From Candidatus Nanopusillus sp. (GTDB lineage: Archaea > Nanobdellota > Nanobdellia > Nanobdellales > Nanobdellaceae): a stretch of 6,736 bases of DNA. Location: positions 1 through 6,736 of the forward strand of contig DAIUEN010000029.1 of assembly GCA_036845085.1 (NCBI GenBank), read 5' to 3'. The first letter of the stretch is position 1, and each line of letters opens with the position of its first letter. The position numbers and the translations under genes are program-made. The notes beneath the pieces are model-generated. The model was given only the letters and a program-made list of their open reading frames with translations, did not search any database and was not told the DNA's origin. This document shows positions 5,701 to 6,736 of the stretch, piece after piece.

Positions 5701-6736
5701 ATTCTAAATTATTATTTGATGTCAAATTTATACATAATGAGAATTCATCTTTGTTTAATTCTATCCTATCATATATATATGTGAATAAAGTAGTAGTATA
5801 ATAAGATATATCTCCAATATTTATTGTTTTATATAAATTAAGTTCTGGAGAATACATTATAACCGAAACATTCTTCGTTATGGGATATGTATAATGGTCT
5901 GGAGATGGTGCTACAATTATCATTAAAGAACCATCTCCCGCTAAATAGATACCATCTAATCTTGTAGTAGGACCAAGTATTATAAATCTTAATCTATCTA
6001 AAGCCTGTAATCTTCCATCAGAATATACTTCTATTCTAAAAGAATAAACATTGGGCTTTATATTAGTTAAATCAATATATGGTATTTTTATATTATTTTC
6101 TCCAACAGATAAAGACACATTAAATTCCTTTTCATATATTGGAGTATATAAAATATCATCCCATGGAGATATTCTAATTTTTATAGTAGCATTTGAATCA
6201 AAGCTAGAATATAAACTTACAGTTAAGTTAATGTATTCTCTTACTCCATATCCAACAGCACCACTTCCAGTTTCGATTTTAGTATCTGTACTACTACTAC
6301 TATTTACTATTTCGCTCCAAGTCAAAAGAGTTGGGCTAGTCATATAAGTATTTTGCTTATCAATATATATCCAAGGATATTTACCTGAAGGATTAATTAC
6401 TTTAAATTCTTTATATTGTCCAGGCAAAAATATAAATGGTATTCCGTTTATGTTCCATAAGGGAGTATATAGATATGACACCAAATAATATTCTCCATTT
6501 AAAGTATCAATAGGTACTGAATAATTTAGGCTAATATTAATATTCTGACCTGGTTCTAAGTATAAATCTTTTATTAAATATTCATATATAACTTGATGTT
6601 TATTTAAATGGAAAGGATATATGTATTCATTTCCTTCTTTTTTTATAATTTGTATTACTAAGCTAACATTTGGTAGATAATATTTGTCACCATTTCTAAT
6701 AAATATATTGTAATATAATGTTTCTCTAGAATATAC
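2783..6736 (-). CDS. Giant secreted/membrane-anchored surface glycoprotein candidate, 5'-partial (continues beyond the right window edge)
   Basis: The track ORF 2783-6484 begins at a TTG, not an ATG. I translated the same frame by hand from 6485 to 6736 and found no stop: ...VYSRETLYYNIFIRNGDKYYLPNVSLVIQIIKKEGNEYIYPFHLNKHQVIYEYLIKDLYLEPGQNINISLNYSVPIDTLNGEYY-L-VSYLYTPLWN. The product is rich in N/Y/I/S/T. I hand-counted about 47 N-X-S/T sequons in the 1233 aa. It has a C-terminal hydrophobic anchor and an internal hydrophobic hairpin. I recognise no catalytic motifs. Confidence 0.75.
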   Translation of the reverse strand, partial: VYSRETLYYNIFIRNGDKYYLPNVSLVIQIIKKEGNEYIYPFHLNKHQVIYEYLIKDLYLEPGQNINISLNYSVPIDTLNGEYYLVSYLYTPLWNINGIPFIFLPGQYKEFKVINPSGKYPWIYIDKQNTYMTSPTLLTWSEIVNSSSSTDTKIETGSGAVGYGVREYINLTVSLYSSFDSNATIKIRISPWDDILYTPIYEKEFNVSLSVGENNIKIPYIDLTNIKPNVYSFRIEVYSDGRLQALDRLRFIILGPTTRLDGIYLAGDGSLMIIVAPSPDHYTYPITKNVSVIMYSPELNLYKTINIGDISYYTTTLFTYIYDRIELNKDEFSLCINLTSNNNLEYNYCTYYVINRNNFYGIAPNNLISVNYTEDYFYICSKIQGNLFIYLNSPFNIKYSSNINNDCVNYTFREYGNYIVTFQSDYYSNKWNISRSQKEYNITNVTYENITTPNIPELQQSIKSSKVYLLIAIIIIIMALLIYLMKKRKIFVILLLLLVTILMQNNIYGQSSLFTNSTCSHAGELKANAISSSYYVSYNGPNSGTYYTIIYDAITGEKMYVLIPNTTIGISISGSYNALCSNAVKESGTPVPVYWLYYYASPKTLITGSINGTVSFKNYLNSGYDLTYYLIFNQYKNYGIVYPNASWSTPVKGRNSLDYKTFSSSEFGKYTLMAYVLKAVCDSPSPSYICPVGNPDLCSIGYIKYTEQYLGELYNKSDYLYNYTIVVYNITQYLLSNNSTKNCFGAYSNYTNYLENYSIYLLEVKNATKNKDTAWLLDNWERIYKYALLLNNVTVNLSDYLNESCGNKDVIKDYINNLSSYSYNLTSYAEFLSVYPGLVNAYPIGFVPVSSNYNNTLLILNCDYSPQVSLYNLTYYPDNYNTNPGAPIYVGSINNSENYSFIVNINYDILGNKYNRSFILPAKSVYDIFIYYPTNIGLHQDFSIYYNVSVMNYYNLTACNDLKIYTNNNVQIRWVKLEIMTNQNLSKITYGYPSDIILLINNLGPVQAQNVSVNNIYYNPSCIQIISKDNPINIDPGQQQHYKIKINITNTSCSPKDYNMTFTIYGWNTYIYNYSVVIPISELIRPLDRTQLQPPTTFEIKDINTLECYIEFNGLPFSRICNSTFIYTSGMCTSQYCNTTIISKNQYAEFKRYYAFYNSLIYSTNNIFGIALQANVISLYQGQQSTLQYAIVNLVPSDINCSVLVVPQRNYIQILSNKIEGIQTNNVTIPGLKSVYGTIEILGIQPGVDNLLINVQCISIYGTNNINATVPVYVLTHSEEVSSYTQQKLIISEKIELIKIISIAIGILSILLLFNII
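2786..2854 (-). other. C-terminal transmembrane anchor of the giant protein
   Basis: The last 23 residues are IELIKIISIAIGILSILLLFNII, followed by TAA at 2783-2785. Confidence 0.7.
5228..5338 (-). other. Internal membrane hairpin: TM helix, KKRK, then signal-peptide-like helix, with an in-frame ATG at 5282-5284
   Basis: The translation reads ...SSK-VYLLIAIIIIIMALLIYL-MKKRK-IFVILLLLLVTILM-QNNIYG-QSS... The second half (MKKRKIFVILLLLLVTILMQNNIYG/QSS) has the n-region, h-region and small-residue layout of a Sec signal peptide. The first half looks like a C-terminal anchor. No stop codon separates them. Confidence 0.7.

Noticed and set aside
6051-6347. 98-aa + strand ORF from the track
   Set aside because: It is entirely nested antisense within the long minus-strand ORF. 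It has no upstream signal, and its low-complexity hydrophobic sequence is typical of antisense frames in AT-rich coding DNA.
6482-6484. TTG as the true start of the giant protein
   Set aside because: The frame stays open upstream to the window edge with similar composition. The residues after the TTG (VSYLYTPLWN...) do not resemble a signal peptide, although the protein is otherwise clearly extracytoplasmic.
1-6736. CRISPR arrays, IS elements or transposases, integrases, toxin-antitoxin or other defence cassettes
   Set aside because: I found no short regularly spaced repeats, no terminal inverted repeats flanking an ORF, and no recognisable motifs of these families in any listed ORF. The window is fully accounted for by two housekeeping-type genes, three RNA genes and the surface-protein ORF.

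Overview
This is a very AT-rich, tightly packed window (roughly a quarter GC by eye). It has three short GC-rich islands (about 60-65% GC), and all three are structural RNAs. That contrast, tRNA genes without encoded CCA, and a K-loop/ACA hairpin point to a thermophilic archaeon with a reduced genome. A Nanoarchaeota/DPANN-like origin is a guess only. Contents, left to right: (1) the last 18 codons of an unidentified + strand CDS (1-57). (2) An unannotated minus-strand hairpin RNA at about 82-140 that I read as a single-hairpin H/ACA pseudouridylation guide. (3) A 299-aa NurA-like nuclease candidate (195-1094, +). (4) Cysteinyl-tRNA synthetase (1087-2511, -), converging on and overlapping the previous gene by 8 nt. 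(5) A tRNA-Cys(GCA)/tRNA-Leu(UAG) tandem on the minus strand, separated by a single nucleotide, directly upstream of cysS. (6) A giant minus-strand ORF for a heavily sequon-decorated surface protein. This ORF is open to the right window edge, so it is longer than the 1233 aa in the ORF track (at least 1317 codons in the window). It has an internal junction of membrane anchor, KKRK and signal-peptide-like segment with no stop codon. I saw no CRISPR array, transposase or integrase. The points most worth follow-up are the H/ACA candidate, the fused or two-ectodomain architecture of the giant protein, and how the back-to-back tRNA pair is processed.
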